A DNA stretch of 32,000 bases from Methanocaldococcus jannaschii DSM 2661 (GTDB taxonomy: Archaea > AGJL01 > Methanococci > Methanococcales > Methanocaldococcaceae), in NCBI RefSeq assembly GCF_000091665.1, contig NC_000909.1, forward strand, positions 1,130,960 to 1,162,959. The letters are read 5' to 3'. The notes below the pieces were generated by a model, which saw only the letters and a program-made list of their open reading frames with translations, had not been told where the DNA came from and made no database searches. The position numbers and the translations under genes are program-made. Below, piece after piece: positions 1 to 9,282 of the stretch (position 1 is its first letter; every line of letters starts with the position of its first letter).

Positions 1-399
1 CCAGTTAATACAAAGGTCGATGGTATAGCAATTGCAGGAGTTGCTCAGGGACCAAAAGACATTCCAGATACCGTAGCTCAGGCTAAAGGGGCCGCAAGTG
101 CTGTTTCAATACCAATGGCACAAGGACAGTTTAGAATAGAGATGATAAGGGCAGTTGTTGATGAAGATGTCTGTGGAGGATGCCAAGTTTGTGCTAAGAT
201 GTGTCCATACAATGCTATAACCTATGTTGAAAAAGATGGACACTTAGTAGCTCAAGTCAATGACGTTGCATGTAAGGGATGCGGTTCATGTGCTGGAGCA
301 TGTCCAAGTGGAGCAATGCAGTTGAGATACTATAGAGATGAGCAAATAATTTCATTCATTGATGGAGTATTAGAAGCTCACCAAAAATTAGAAAGTTAA
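1..399 (+). CDS. hdrA: Heterodisulfide reductase subunit A, C-terminal part (5' end lies outside the window)
   Basis: Frame 1 is open from base 1 to the TAA at 397-399. The translation begins [30 protein letters not shown] and then carries two CxxCxxCxxxCP 4Fe-4S motifs ([24 protein letters not shown]). It sits directly upstream of the vhu hydrogenase genes. Confidence 0.85.
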   Translation, partial: PVNTKVDGIAIAGVAQGPKDIPDTVAQAKGAASAVSIPMAQGQFRIEMIRAVVDEDVCGGCQVCAKMCPYNAITYVEKDGHLVAQVNDVACKGCGSCAGACPSGAMQLRYYRDEQIISFIDGVLEAHQKLES

Positions 400-496
400 A
401 AAATAATTAAAAAGCACAAGCTCTACATTCTAATAAAAATCTCAAAAATATAACGGCGTAGGTTATGAGCTCAACATTGGGGGCAGACAAAACCAG

Positions 497-558
497 ATGA
501 GGCACCACTCGAAGGCAATGCCAAAGTGGTGCTGATGGAGAGGGTAAGTGCCCTCATC
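497..558 (+). promoter_or_regulatory. Putative archaeal SECIS element in the hdrA 3' UTR (core 503-531)
   Basis: Core reads caccact-c-GAA-ggc-aat-gcc-aa-agtggtg, i.e. a 7-bp stem, GAA bulge and 3-bp GC helix. Flanking gatgagg/ccctcatc pairing is also possible. The architecture matches the three other 3'-UTR hairpins in this window. Confidence 0.6.
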
Positions 559-631
559 CAAATTAAATTATAAATTTAATTCTCATGTTGTTATCGAGTT
601 TATAAAATTAATAATATATAGGGGGATTAGT

Positions 632-1036
632 ATGGATCCAGTAATAATTGCATTTTGTTGCTATCAGTGAGGATATGGGGCTGCTGACTTGGCAGGGACA
701 AGTAGAATGCAATACCCTGCAACCGTAAGAATCGTAAGGCTCCCTTGTACCGGTAAATTCGATATTACCTACGCTTTAAGGGCTTTCCAAAAGGGAGCCG
801 ATGCGGTTATGGTTGTAGGGTGAAAGAAAGGAGAGTGTGCCTACGAAACAGGTAACTTAAAGGCTGAGGAGAGGGTTAGGTTCGCTAAACAATTATTAGA
901 TGAATTAGGAATTGGCGGAGACAGAATTGACATGTTTTTCATGTCTGCCGCTGAGGCAGATAAATTCGTCTCCGCCGTTAATGAAATGACTGCAAGAGTT
1001 GAAAAACTCGGACCTAACCCTCTCAAAGCTCAGTAA
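632..1036 (+). CDS. vhuD: F420-non-reducing hydrogenase delta subunit (MvhD/VhuD type) with two in-frame UGA (selenocysteine) codons at 668-670 and 821-823
   Basis: Absent from the ORF track. ATG at 632 lies 7 nt after a GGGGGAT SD-like element. The read-through translation is MDPVIIAFCCYQ-U-GYGAADLAGTSRMQYPATVRIVRLPCTGKFDITYALRAFQKGADAVMVVG-U-KKGECAYETGNLKAEERVRFAKQLLDELGIGGDRIDMFFMSAAEADKFVSAVNEMTARVEKLGPNPLKAQ, ending at TAA 1034-1036. A SECIS-like hairpin follows immediately. Confidence 0.85.
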
Positions 1037-1037
1037 A

Positions 1038-1122
1038 GCCGGAGATTAAAGGGATGAGTTCTCTCGGGAACCCGTCAAGGGACCGAGAGAACAACCGCCC
1101 CATAAGTAAGGGGTTCTCCGGC
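1038..1122 (+). promoter_or_regulatory. Putative SECIS element in the vhuD 3' UTR (core 1058-1092)
   Basis: Core reads gttctctcgg-GAA-ccc-gtcaa-ggg-A-ccgagagaac. It is enclosed by an outer stem gccggaga (1038-1045) / tctccggc (1115-1122). Confidence 0.75.
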
Positions 1123-1150
1123 ATTGCAAAACTAATTTAAACTTTTTAGG

Positions 1151-2017
1151 GTGATTACCTTGGCAGTTAAGGTAGGGATGATACAACTGTGTGGATGTTC
1201 TGGATGCCACATATCCCTATTAGACTTACATGACAAGTTATTGGAAGTTTTACCAAATTTAGAGATTGTTTATGCCCCTATAATTGCAGACCCTAAGGAG
1301 ATTCCTGAGGGTATAGATGTATTTTTAGTTGAGGGAGGAATTAGGAATGAGCACGATGAGCACTTAATTCATGAAATAAGAGAGAAATCAAAGATTGTCA
1401 TTGCATGGGGAACTTGTGCCGCTTATGGAGGGATTCCAGGTTTAGGAAATCTATACAAAAAAGAAGAATTACTAAATTATGTCTACTCAACCGACTCAAC
1501 AGAAAATAAAGGAGAAATACCTTCAGAAGAAATTCCACCACTTGAAGAGTATGTTAAACCAATAAAGGACTTCATAAAAGTAGATTATACAATACCAGGA
1601 TGTCCTCCAACACCAAAAATGATCGCAGATGCAATTATAGCACTACTAAATGGAGAAGAACCAAAATTACCAACAAAGATCGTATGTGATGAATGTCCAA
1701 GAAAAAAAGAGAATGTATTTCCAGAAACATTTAAAAGAACCCATGAAGGAAGACCAGACCCAGAAAGATGCTTATTTGAGCAAGGATACACTTGCTTAGG
1801 ATTTGCTACAAGAGCAGGTTGTGGAGCAAAATGTCCAAGTGCAGGAGTTCCATGTAGAGGTTGTTTCGGTAAAACAGATAAATCATTAGACTTAGGAGCT
1901 AACGCAGCTAATGTATTGGCTAACGCTGGAGAGGCAGCTTTGGAGATTCCAGATAAGGTAGCTTTATTGAACAGATTCACACTACCAGATGCTTTAATCA
2001 ACAGAAAGGCAAAATAA
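1151..2017 (+). CDS. vhuG: [NiFe(Se)] F420-non-reducing hydrogenase small subunit
   Basis: 288-aa ORF. The N-terminal motif GCSGCHISLLD and C-terminal Cys clusters (CPRKK, CLGFATRAGCGAKCPSAGVPCRGC) are typical of NiFe small subunits. The start is GTG 1151 or ATG 1178. Confidence 0.9.
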   Translation: MITLAVKVGMIQLCGCSGCHISLLDLHDKLLEVLPNLEIVYAPIIADPKEIPEGIDVFLVEGGIRNEHDEHLIHEIREKSKIVIAWGTCAAYGGIPGLGNLYKKEELLNYVYSTDSTENKGEIPSEEIPPLEEYVKPIKDFIKVDYTIPGCPPTPKMIADAIIALLNGEEPKLPTKIVCDECPRKKENVFPETFKRTHEGRPDPERCLFEQGYTCLGFATRAGCGAKCPSAGVPCRGCFGKTDKSLDLGANAANVLANAGEAALEIPDKVALLNRFTLPDALINRKAK

Positions 2018-2050
2018 ATTAAGCATAAATAATAAAATAAGGGTGAATTT

Positions 2051-3307
2051 ATGGGGAAGATAGTAATTGAGCCCCTATCAAGATTAGAAGGGCATGGTAA
2101 AGTTACAATAACCTTAGATGAAAATGGAAAACCTAAGGATGTTAAGTTGCATATAACTGCATTGAGAGGATTTGAGCAGTTCGTTGTTGGAAGACCTGCT
2201 GAAGAAGTTCCAAGAATTGTCCCAAGAATCTGTGGTATCTGCCAAACAGCCCACCACTTAGCAAGTGTTAAGGCAATTGATGCCGCTTGGGGTGTAGAGA
2301 TTCCAGAACCAGCTAAGAAATTGAGAGAGTTAATGCACATAGGAAATATGATTCATAGCCATGCATTGCACTTTTACTTCTTAGCAGCTCCTGACTTTGT
2401 TCTTGGTCCAGATGCAGACCCAGCAATAAGAAACATTGTGGGAGTTATAGATAAAGCTCCAGACGTTGCTAAGCAAGCTATCGCCTTAAGAAAGTTTGGG
2501 CAAAAGATTGTTGAAGCAGTTGGAGGAAAAGCTATTCATCCAGTTACTGGAATTCCTGGTGGGCAAGCAAAGAGATTAACTGAAGAAGAAAGAGATGAGT
2601 TATTAAAAGATGCTGACCAGATGATAGAATACGCTAAAAATGGTGTTGAGCTTATAAAACAATTAAATGAGCAATATATGGAACAGATAAAGACATTAGG
2701 AGTTATTGACACCTATTATTTAGGTTTGGTTAAAGATGGAAAACATAACTTCTATGACGATACCTTAAGATTCTTATCTCCAGATGGAAAAGAAAAAGTT
2801 GAGTTTAAACCGGAAGAATACTTGAACTATATTGGGGAATATGTAGTTCCATACAACTATGTAAAACACCCTTACTACAAAAAAGTCGGTTATCCTGAAG
2901 GAGTTTATAGGGTTGGGCCATTAGCGATGCTAAACGTTTGTGATGAAATGGAGACCCCGCTTGCAGAAGAATACAGAAAAGAATTTTTAGAGATCTTTGG
3001 ATTTCCAGCAAATCAGTCATTGGCATATAATCATGCAAGGTTGATTGAGTTAGTTGAAGCATGTGAAAAGGCAAAAATATTATTGGAAGATAATGATATT
3101 ACATCAGATGACATTAAGGCAGATGTTGAACCAAAGGCTGGAAATGGTGTTGGAGTAGTTTATGCTCCAAGAGGAGTTTTAATTCACAACTATGAAACAG
3201 ATGAGAATGGAATCGTTGTTAAGGCAAACATGATTGTCGCTACAACACACAACGTTCCAACAATGGAAAAGGCTATCCAACAGGCAGCTCAAGTAATCTT
3301 CAAATAA
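2051..3307 (+). CDS. vhuA: [NiFeSe] hydrogenase large subunit, lacking the C-terminal metal-binding segment
   Basis: 418-aa ORF with RLEGHGK and the N-terminal Ni-binding motif RICGICQTAHH. It ends before the usual C-terminal DPCxxCxxH motif, which is supplied by the downstream mini-gene. Confidence 0.9.
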   Translation: MGKIVIEPLSRLEGHGKVTITLDENGKPKDVKLHITALRGFEQFVVGRPAEEVPRIVPRICGICQTAHHLASVKAIDAAWGVEIPEPAKKLRELMHIGNMIHSHALHFYFLAAPDFVLGPDADPAIRNIVGVIDKAPDVAKQAIALRKFGQKIVEAVGGKAIHPVTGIPGGQAKRLTEEERDELLKDADQMIEYAKNGVELIKQLNEQYMEQIKTLGVIDTYYLGLVKDGKHNFYDDTLRFLSPDGKEKVEFKPEEYLNYIGEYVVPYNYVKHPYYKKVGYPEGVYRVGPLAMLNVCDEMETPLAEEYRKEFLEIFGFPANQSLAYNHARLIELVEACEKAKILLEDNDITSDDIKADVEPKAGNGVGVVYAPRGVLIHNYETDENGIVVKANMIVATTHNVPTMEKAIQQAAQVIFK

Positions 3308-3369
3308 ATAAATTTTTGTAAAGAAAATCAATTATGATTATCTAATCATTTATGGTTATGGTGATAAAC

Positions 3370-3522
3370 ATGGCTGAGAAAAGCACAGTTAAAGTTGATG
3401 AAGTAAAATTAAACTTAATAGAAATGGTATTAAGAGCTTACGACCCTTGATACTCATGTGCCGCCCACATAATAGTTAAAGATGAAAAAGGAAACAAAAT
3501 TATTGAGGTTATTAAAGAATAA
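3370..3522 (+). CDS. vhuU: Hydrogenase large-subunit C-terminal mini-polypeptide with an in-frame UGA (Sec) at 3448-3450
   Basis: Absent from the ORF track. Translation is [50 protein letters not shown]. DPUxxCxxH is the selenocysteine version of the DPCxxCxxH Ni ligand motif. A SECIS-like hairpin starts one base after the stop codon. Confidence 0.85.
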
Positions 3523-3556
3523 GCTCACAACCGAACCCATTTGGGAGGTTGTGAGC
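3523..3556 (+). promoter_or_regulatory. Putative SECIS element in the vhuU 3' UTR
   Basis: Reads gctcacaacc-GAA-ccc-attt-ggg-A-ggttgtgagc, with perfect 10-bp lower stem. Confidence 0.75.
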
Positions 3557-3581
3557 TCTCTCCCTCTATGCAGGGGGAATT

Positions 3582-3610
3582 CGCTAAAATCCTTTTTTGG
3601 GATTTTAGCG
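3582..3610 (+). terminator. Perfect 11-bp hairpin with a U-rich loop between vhuU and vhuB; function unclear (terminator, processing or stability element)
   Basis: cgctaaaatcc (3582-3592) pairs with ggattttagcg (3600-3610) around the loop ttttttg. It lacks the GAA/A SECIS signature. It lies 16 nt upstream of the vhuB start and just before its AGGAGG SD. Confidence 0.35.
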
Positions 3611-3626
3611 TATAATTTTTAGGAGG

Positions 3627-4811
3627 ATGAGATTAATGAGCATAACAATTCAAAAAGATGCTTGTTTAGTCTGTTATGCGTGTCAGGCGGAGTGTCCTAC
3701 CAAAGCAATAGATATAGATAGTTTTAAAGTATGCAACTTATGCATGGAGTGTGTTAAAGTCTGCCCAACGGGAGCTTTGGTGGAGGAGGAGATTGAAGTT
3801 AATGGGAAGAAGTTGAAGAGGGTTAATTATTTAGCTCATAAGTGTGAGAAATGTGGGCAGTGTGCTGAGGCTTGTCCTATTGGCATAAAAAAGGTTGATG
3901 ATGATTTCCCTTACTCAAAGGGGCATTGTGTCCTCTGTCAAAAGTGTATTGACGTGTGTCCAATAGAGATCATTTCATTACCTGGAGTTATTGATAAGCC
4001 TAAGAAGGAAATAAAGCCACCAAAAGAACCGATAGCAGTTACTGATGCTTGTGTTGGTTGTGGAATTTGTGTTCCTGAATGTCCAGTTAATGCAATAACC
4101 TTAGAGAATAATAAAGCAGTCATCGATAAGAGTAAGTGTATTTACTGCAGTATTTGTGCCCAAACATGTCCATGGAATGCTATATTTGTAGCTGGGAAAA
4201 TACCTAAGAAGAGGAGGAAGGAAGTTAAGAAGTTTGAAGTTAATGCAGAGAAGTGTATTTATTGTCTAAAGTGTGTTGAAGTCTGTCCGGGAGATATGAT
4301 TAAGGTTGATGAGGAAAACTTAATCGTTATTCCACCAAAATCATGCCCAGCTTGTAAGCTCTGTGTTAATATCTGTCCAGTCGATGCTTTAGATTTAGAG
4401 GTTAAACTAAGCTCACCACACCCAATAACTGATGAGGGCTTGGTTATTGTTGAGGAGGACTTTGAGGTTTTGAAAAAATGTGCTTCAGTCTGTCCAACTG
4501 AAGCAATTGTAGTTGATGAGGAGAAGAAGGAAGTAAGAATGTGTATCGTCTGTGGAGCTTGTACTGTAGCCTGTCCAACAGGAGCTTTAAAGCTTGGTAA
4601 GATAGAACATAATGGTAAGGAATACAACAGAATTGAATTCAGCCCTTACTTATGTGATAAGTGTGGCAAATGTGTAGAAGTCTGCCCAATGAAGACATTA
4701 AGATTATCAAGAGGCAAATTACCATTGAAAGGATACTGTGTAATGTGCTTACTCTGCTTAAGTGTAGCTGAAAAAGAAAAGAAAGGAAAAAAGGTTTTGG
4801 AGTTAAGATAA
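3627..4811 (+). CDS. vhuB: Polyferredoxin (multiple 4Fe-4S clusters) of the vhu hydrogenase operon
   Basis: 394-aa ORF made almost entirely of repeated CxxCxxCxxxCP ferredoxin motifs, with an AGGAGG SD upstream. Confidence 0.85.
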
Positions 4812-4834
4812 ATTAAAAAAGGGGTGAATCCCTT

Positions 4835-6142
4835 ATGGTAAAAGTTGTTAGAAATGTTGTCTGTCCGTTCTGTGGGACATTATGTGATGACTTAGAGATT
4901 TTAGTTGAAGATAACCACATAGTTGGAACAAGACATGCGTGTAGAATTGGAAATGCCAAGTTTATGCACTTTGAGGGAGCTGTAAGATATACAGAGCCTT
5001 TAATGAGAGAAAACAAGAAAGATGATTTCAAAAAAGTTGATTATGAAACTGCAATTGAAGAAACAGCAAGATTATTAACTGAGGCTACTTTACCTCTAAT
5101 TTATGGATGGAGTGCTACTGAATGTCATGCACATATGTACGGGGTTGAGTTGGCTGAATTAGTTGGGGCAGTTATTGACAACACTGCAAGTGTTTGACAC
5201 GGACCTTCACTTTTAGCTGTGCAGGATGTAGGATACCCCGTCTGTACCTTAGGAGAAGTTAAAAACAGAGCTGATGTTATCATCTTCTGGGGTTCAAACC
5301 CAATGCACGCCCACCCAAGGCATATGAGTAGATATTCAGTCTTTGCAAGAGGGTTTTTCAGAGAGAGGGGAAGAGAGGATAGGACTTTGATTGTTGTTGA
5401 CCCAAGAGAGACTGATACTGCAAAGTTGGCAGATATTCATTTACAAGTAGAGCCACATAAAGATTATGAATTAGTTAGTGCAATGAGGGCTGTGTTGAAG
5501 GGCTTTGAGTTACAAGTAGATAAAGTTGCTGGAGTTCCAGCTGATTTGATATATGAAGCAGTTGAAGTTTGTAAAAATGCCCAATTTGGAGAGTTGTTTT
5601 TCGCTATGGGAGTAACGATGACAAGAGGTAAGCATAGAAACATTGACAATGCTATCCAGTTGGTTATTGACTTAAACGCATACACAAAATTCGGATTAAT
5701 GCCAATGAGAGGACACTACAACGTCAATGGATTCAACCAAGTCTTGACATGGGTTACAGGTTATCCATTTGGTGTTGATTTCTCAAGAGGTTATCCAAGA
5801 TACAACCCAGGAGAGACAACAGCTAACGACTTGTTGCAAAGAGGAGAAACTGATATGATGTTGAACATCGCTTCAGATCCTGGAGCACACTTCCCACAAA
5901 AAGCTGTACAGCACATGGCAAAGATACCATTGGTTTGTATTGACCCACACGAAACACCAACAACTCAATTGGCAAACATCATCATTCCACCAGCAATCGC
6001 TGGAGTTGAGGTTGAAGGAACTGCCTATAGAATGGATGGGGTTCCAATTCAGTTGAGGAAGGTTATTGATCCACCAGAAGGAGTCTTACCAGATAGAGAA
6101 ATATTGAAGATACTCATTAAGAAAGTTAAAGAGATGCTCTAA
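4835..6142 (+). CDS. fwdB: Formylmethanofuran dehydrogenase subunit B (molybdopterin/tungstopterin oxidoreductase family) with an in-frame UGA (Sec) at 5195-5197
   Basis: ORFs 4835-5197 and 5219-6142 are in the same frame and are joined by TGA CAC GGA CCT TCA CTT TTA GCT. The junction reads ...[20 protein letters not shown]..., matching the SxU/C-HG active-site context of formate-dehydrogenase-like enzymes. An N-terminal [10 protein letters not shown] cluster motif is present. A SECIS-like hairpin lies in the 3' UTR. Confidence 0.85.
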
Positions 6143-6253
6143 AAATTCTAATAAGAAAAGTATAAATATTAGATTTGCATGTAATGAGATATTGGGGTGG
6201 GCGTGCAACGCTAACCATCTTTGGGGTATCCTACATCCTGCGTTACACGTCGT

Positions 6254-6289
6254 ATGTTGGAGGGGAACCCGTAAGGGACCCTCCAACAT
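6254..6289 (+). promoter_or_regulatory. Putative SECIS element in the fwdB 3' UTR
   Basis: Reads atgttggaggg-GAA-ccc-gtaa-ggg-A-ccctccaacat, with a perfect 11-bp lower stem. Confidence 0.8.
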
Positions 6290-6392
6290 TTTATTATTTT
6301 GGAGATTTTAATTAGTTTATTTGAATTCATAAATTAAATTTTATAAAATAAAAAATAATTTTATTTTTATATTAATTTATAAGGAGATGAAA

Positions 6393-7949
6393 TCATTTTT
6401 CTCTTTTTGCCAAGATTTTGTTGATTCCATCTATAACTGCCTCAACTGAAGCCCTAACTATATCTTCACTTGCTGCCTTTGTTGTTATCTCCCTTCCATA
6501 TCCTTCTAAGGTTACAATAACCTCCGCCAATGCATCAGTTCCTCCAGTTATGGCATTTATATGATACTCTTTAAGTTTAATCTTCTCTCCAATGGCTTTT
6601 TGTATTGCCTTAACTGCCGCATCTACTGGTCCAACACCAATAGCTGAGCTCTTCTTAATCTCTTCTTCAATCTTTAAAGCAACTGATGCAGTTGGAATAA
6701 CTCTATTACCTGTCATAACCGCTATTTGCTCCAACTCAACAACTCTATCTTTTTTAGCCAACTTACCAACAACATCCTCAACTATTGCCTCAACATCTCT
6801 GTCAGTGACTCTCTTTCCTTTATCTCCAAGAGCTTTAATTCTCTTAACTATCTCATCAAATTGATCTTTATTTATATCCTTACCAACCTCAATTCCTAAT
6901 TCTTTTAACTTTGCCTCAATTGCATGTGTTCCTGTGTGCTTACCTAAGATTATTTTTCTCTTCTGCCCAACTAACTCTGGGGGTATAGGTTCATAGGTTA
7001 AAGCATGAGCTAAAACTCCATGTGCATGTATTCCACTTTCATGAGCGAAAGCGTTCTCTCCAACAATTGCCTTGTTTGGTTGGACTTTAATTTCAGTGTA
7101 TTTTGATACAAGCTGAGATATCTCATAAAGTTTTTGTGTTTTTATATTAGTTTTAACTCCATAGATTGACATTAAGCTCATAACTACCTCTTCCAATGCT
7201 GCATTTCCTCCTCTCTCTCCTAAGCCGTTTATTGTACAATGTACTTGCTCTGCTCCTGCTTCAACTGCTGCCAATGAGTTTGCAACAGCTAAACCAAAGT
7301 CGTTGTGGCAATGCACAGATATAGGGACTTTTATTTCCTTCTTTAGCTCATTTATTAGATAATACATAGCCCTTGGAATCATAACTCCAACGGTATCTGG
7401 AACGTTGATTATATCTGCTCCAGCATCTACTGCCTTTTTATAAACTTCTATTAAATAGTCAATCTCTGTTCTTGTTGCATCTTCTGCTGAAAACTCAACT
7501 CTAATCCCATGTTCTTTTATGTACTCTATGGCATCAACTGCAATATCAATAATCTCTTCCTTTGATTTTTTTAATTTATATTTTCTATGCAATGGAGAGG
7601 TTGCTATAAATGTATGGATTCTATCAACTCCGCAATCTATAGCTACATCTATATCCTTTTTTACAGCCCTTGCCAATCCGCAGATTTCAGCATCTAAGTT
7701 TAATGAGCAGATTTTTTTAATAGCCTCCTGCTCTCCTAATGATGATACTGGAAAACCAGCCTCAATAACATCAACTCCTAAATCATCTAATTTTATGGCT
7801 ATGTCTATTTTCTCCTCTGGAGTTAAAGAGACACCTGGAGTTTGCTCTCCATCTCTGAGTGTTGTGTCAAAGATATAAACCCTATCTGGAATGTTTAAAT
7901 TCTCAAGTGCCTTTTTTATAATTTCATTCTCTTCCCTATAAATTATCAT
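6393..7949 (-). CDS. leuA: 2-isopropylmalate synthase family enzyme (LeuA/CimA type, with C-terminal regulatory domain)
   Basis: 518-aa ORF with the motifs [10 protein letters not shown] and [21 protein letters not shown], plus a long C-terminal LeuA-dimer-like extension. The substrate (isopropylmalate or citramalate) cannot be decided by eye. Confidence 0.8.
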   Translation of the reverse strand: MIIYREENEIIKKALENLNIPDRVYIFDTTLRDGEQTPGVSLTPEEKIDIAIKLDDLGVDVIEAGFPVSSLGEQEAIKKICSLNLDAEICGLARAVKKDIDVAIDCGVDRIHTFIATSPLHRKYKLKKSKEEIIDIAVDAIEYIKEHGIRVEFSAEDATRTEIDYLIEVYKKAVDAGADIINVPDTVGVMIPRAMYYLINELKKEIKVPISVHCHNDFGLAVANSLAAVEAGAEQVHCTINGLGERGGNAALEEVVMSLMSIYGVKTNIKTQKLYEISQLVSKYTEIKVQPNKAIVGENAFAHESGIHAHGVLAHALTYEPIPPELVGQKRKIILGKHTGTHAIEAKLKELGIEVGKDINKDQFDEIVKRIKALGDKGKRVTDRDVEAIVEDVVGKLAKKDRVVELEQIAVMTGNRVIPTASVALKIEEEIKKSSAIGVGPVDAAVKAIQKAIGEKIKLKEYHINAITGGTDALAEVIVTLEGYGREITTKAASEDIVRASVEAVIDGINKILAKREK

Positions 7950-8084
7950 AATCCCACCAAAACTTTTTAATTTTCTGTTATTTATGATGGGATGTTATAA
8001 AAATTTTACCTAATCAGATATATCATTAAAACGCTATAACTTAACCTTTCAAAATGATAGATTAAAGTTCATTTAATTCATCAA

Positions 8085-9185
8085 CTAAAGAATAATAAAG
8101 TTATAAACCCTAAATAATATCAACAATCCAGTTATCAGCATAGAGATTAATGATATAGCTTTTATTTTACCTGAAGATTCTTTAAACACTGCCAAATATA
8201 GCAGAAAATAGGCTATTAATGTAGAAAACATACTCATATCCACCAAAGTCTTTGCATCAAAAATTAATAGGATTATAACTAATAAAGTATTTAAAATAAC
8301 TCCATAGTATGGAATCTCCTTCCTTAATTTTATAAATGCCTTTGGGAATATCCTATCTTTTCCCATCCCATAAGGCATATATGATAAAGTAAATAAAACA
8401 CTAAACGCACAGCTGGAAATTATTAATAACATCCCAGCCAATAAAAATAGGTTATCTCCAATCAGTATCTTTAATATCTCATCTAAGTTGTTTGTTTTTA
8501 CATTTAAAGATACTATGGTCAAGGAAAACAGGAGATACAAAACTCCAATGATAAAAGTCCCTACCAAGAGTCCATAAGCTATAGCTTTTTGATTTTTAAA
8601 TGCTGACAATGGCATTGTTATACCTTCCCAACCAGTAGCAGTCCATAATCCAAAATATATTGTCAAAATAGCATTTTTTAAATTAAACTCTCCAATGCTG
8701 TCAATTTTTATTCCATTTGAAAATACGATATATAAAATAATCGTTATCGTTAAAATTCCAAAGATTCTGACAAAGTTTCCCACAATCCTCAACCCTCCCA
8801 ATATTAAAGCTGTTAAAATAACAATCAAACATAATCCAACATAAGAAACGTTAAATTTTGTATTAAAAACTATTTCAAAGAATGACACAACTCCAGATAG
8901 AGCAAAAACTCCAGAGAGCCATAATATATAGGCTGAAAAAACTCCAATTTCTCTCCCTAAAATTTTCATTACAAATTTATAAACCCCTCCACTCTCACTT
9001 ATTTTAGTGGAAGCATAGGCAAAAGGAGAAGCCATAATTAGAGACACAAATATTAGTAAAGCCCAACCCCATATTATAGATTTTCCAAACAGCAAATAGG
9101 TTAATGGAGATAGAACAAAAATCCCTCCACCAACAATGGACGTTATCGTTAAAAATACCGCATCTTTGAGTGTTAGATGCCCCAT
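8085..9185 (-). CDS. Polytopic membrane permease, probably an APC-superfamily amino-acid transporter
   Basis: 366-aa ORF that is almost entirely hydrophobic, with about 10 predicted TM segments. The family call comes from composition and from my recollection of the homologous locus, not from a motif. Confidence 0.55.
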   Translation of the reverse strand: MGHLTLKDAVFLTITSIVGGGIFVLSPLTYLLFGKSIIWGWALLIFVSLIMASPFAYASTKISESGGVYKFVMKILGREIGVFSAYILWLSGVFALSGVVSFFEIVFNTKFNVSYVGLCLIVILTALILGGLRIVGNFVRIFGILTITIILYIVFSNGIKIDSIGEFNLKNAILTIYFGLWTATGWEGITMPLSAFKNQKAIAYGLLVGTFIIGVLYLLFSLTIVSLNVKTNNLDEILKILIGDNLFLLAGMLLIISSCAFSVLFTLSYMPYGMGKDRIFPKAFIKLRKEIPYYGVILNTLLVIILLIFDAKTLVDMSMFSTLIAYFLLYLAVFKESSGKIKAISLISMLITGLLILFRVYNFIIL

Positions 9186-9282
9186 AACTACACCCTTATA
9201 AATTGATTAAACAAAGCAAAAATATTTAATATATCTTTTTCTTTTATAATTATCTTTATCTAAAATTTAATTGAGGGATAAT

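Noticed and set aside
1585-2340. 251-aa ORF on the minus strand, antisense to vhuG/vhuA. Similar antisense ORFs occur at 841-1026, 2805-3074, 3938-4123, 4259-4627, 6592-6864, 7519-7878, 16822-17181, 17012-17257, 18368-18922, 26322-26528 and 26967-27266.
   Set aside because: These are shadow ORFs opposite strongly supported genes. Their translations are low-complexity (Ser/Leu/Ile/Phe-rich) with no motifs, and long antisense frames are expected in this codon-biased AT-rich genome.
3334-3349. Palindrome atgatta-tc-taatcat between vhuA and vhuU.
   Set aside because: It is a short AT-only palindrome, expected by chance in AT-rich intergenic DNA, with no supporting context.
4835-6142. fwdB read as a pseudogene split by a stop codon, and likewise the gaps at 400-1150 and 3308-3626 read as non-coding.
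   Set aside because: The interrupting codons are all TGA and fall at Cys-like active-site contexts. The frames continue without shift, and each gene is followed by the same GAA-bulge hairpin. Selenocysteine recoding is the better explanation.
6086-6289. 67-aa minus-strand ORF in the fwdB 3' region.
   Set aside because: It overlaps the fwdB end and the SECIS hairpins. The GC-rich RNA structure creates an accidental open frame.
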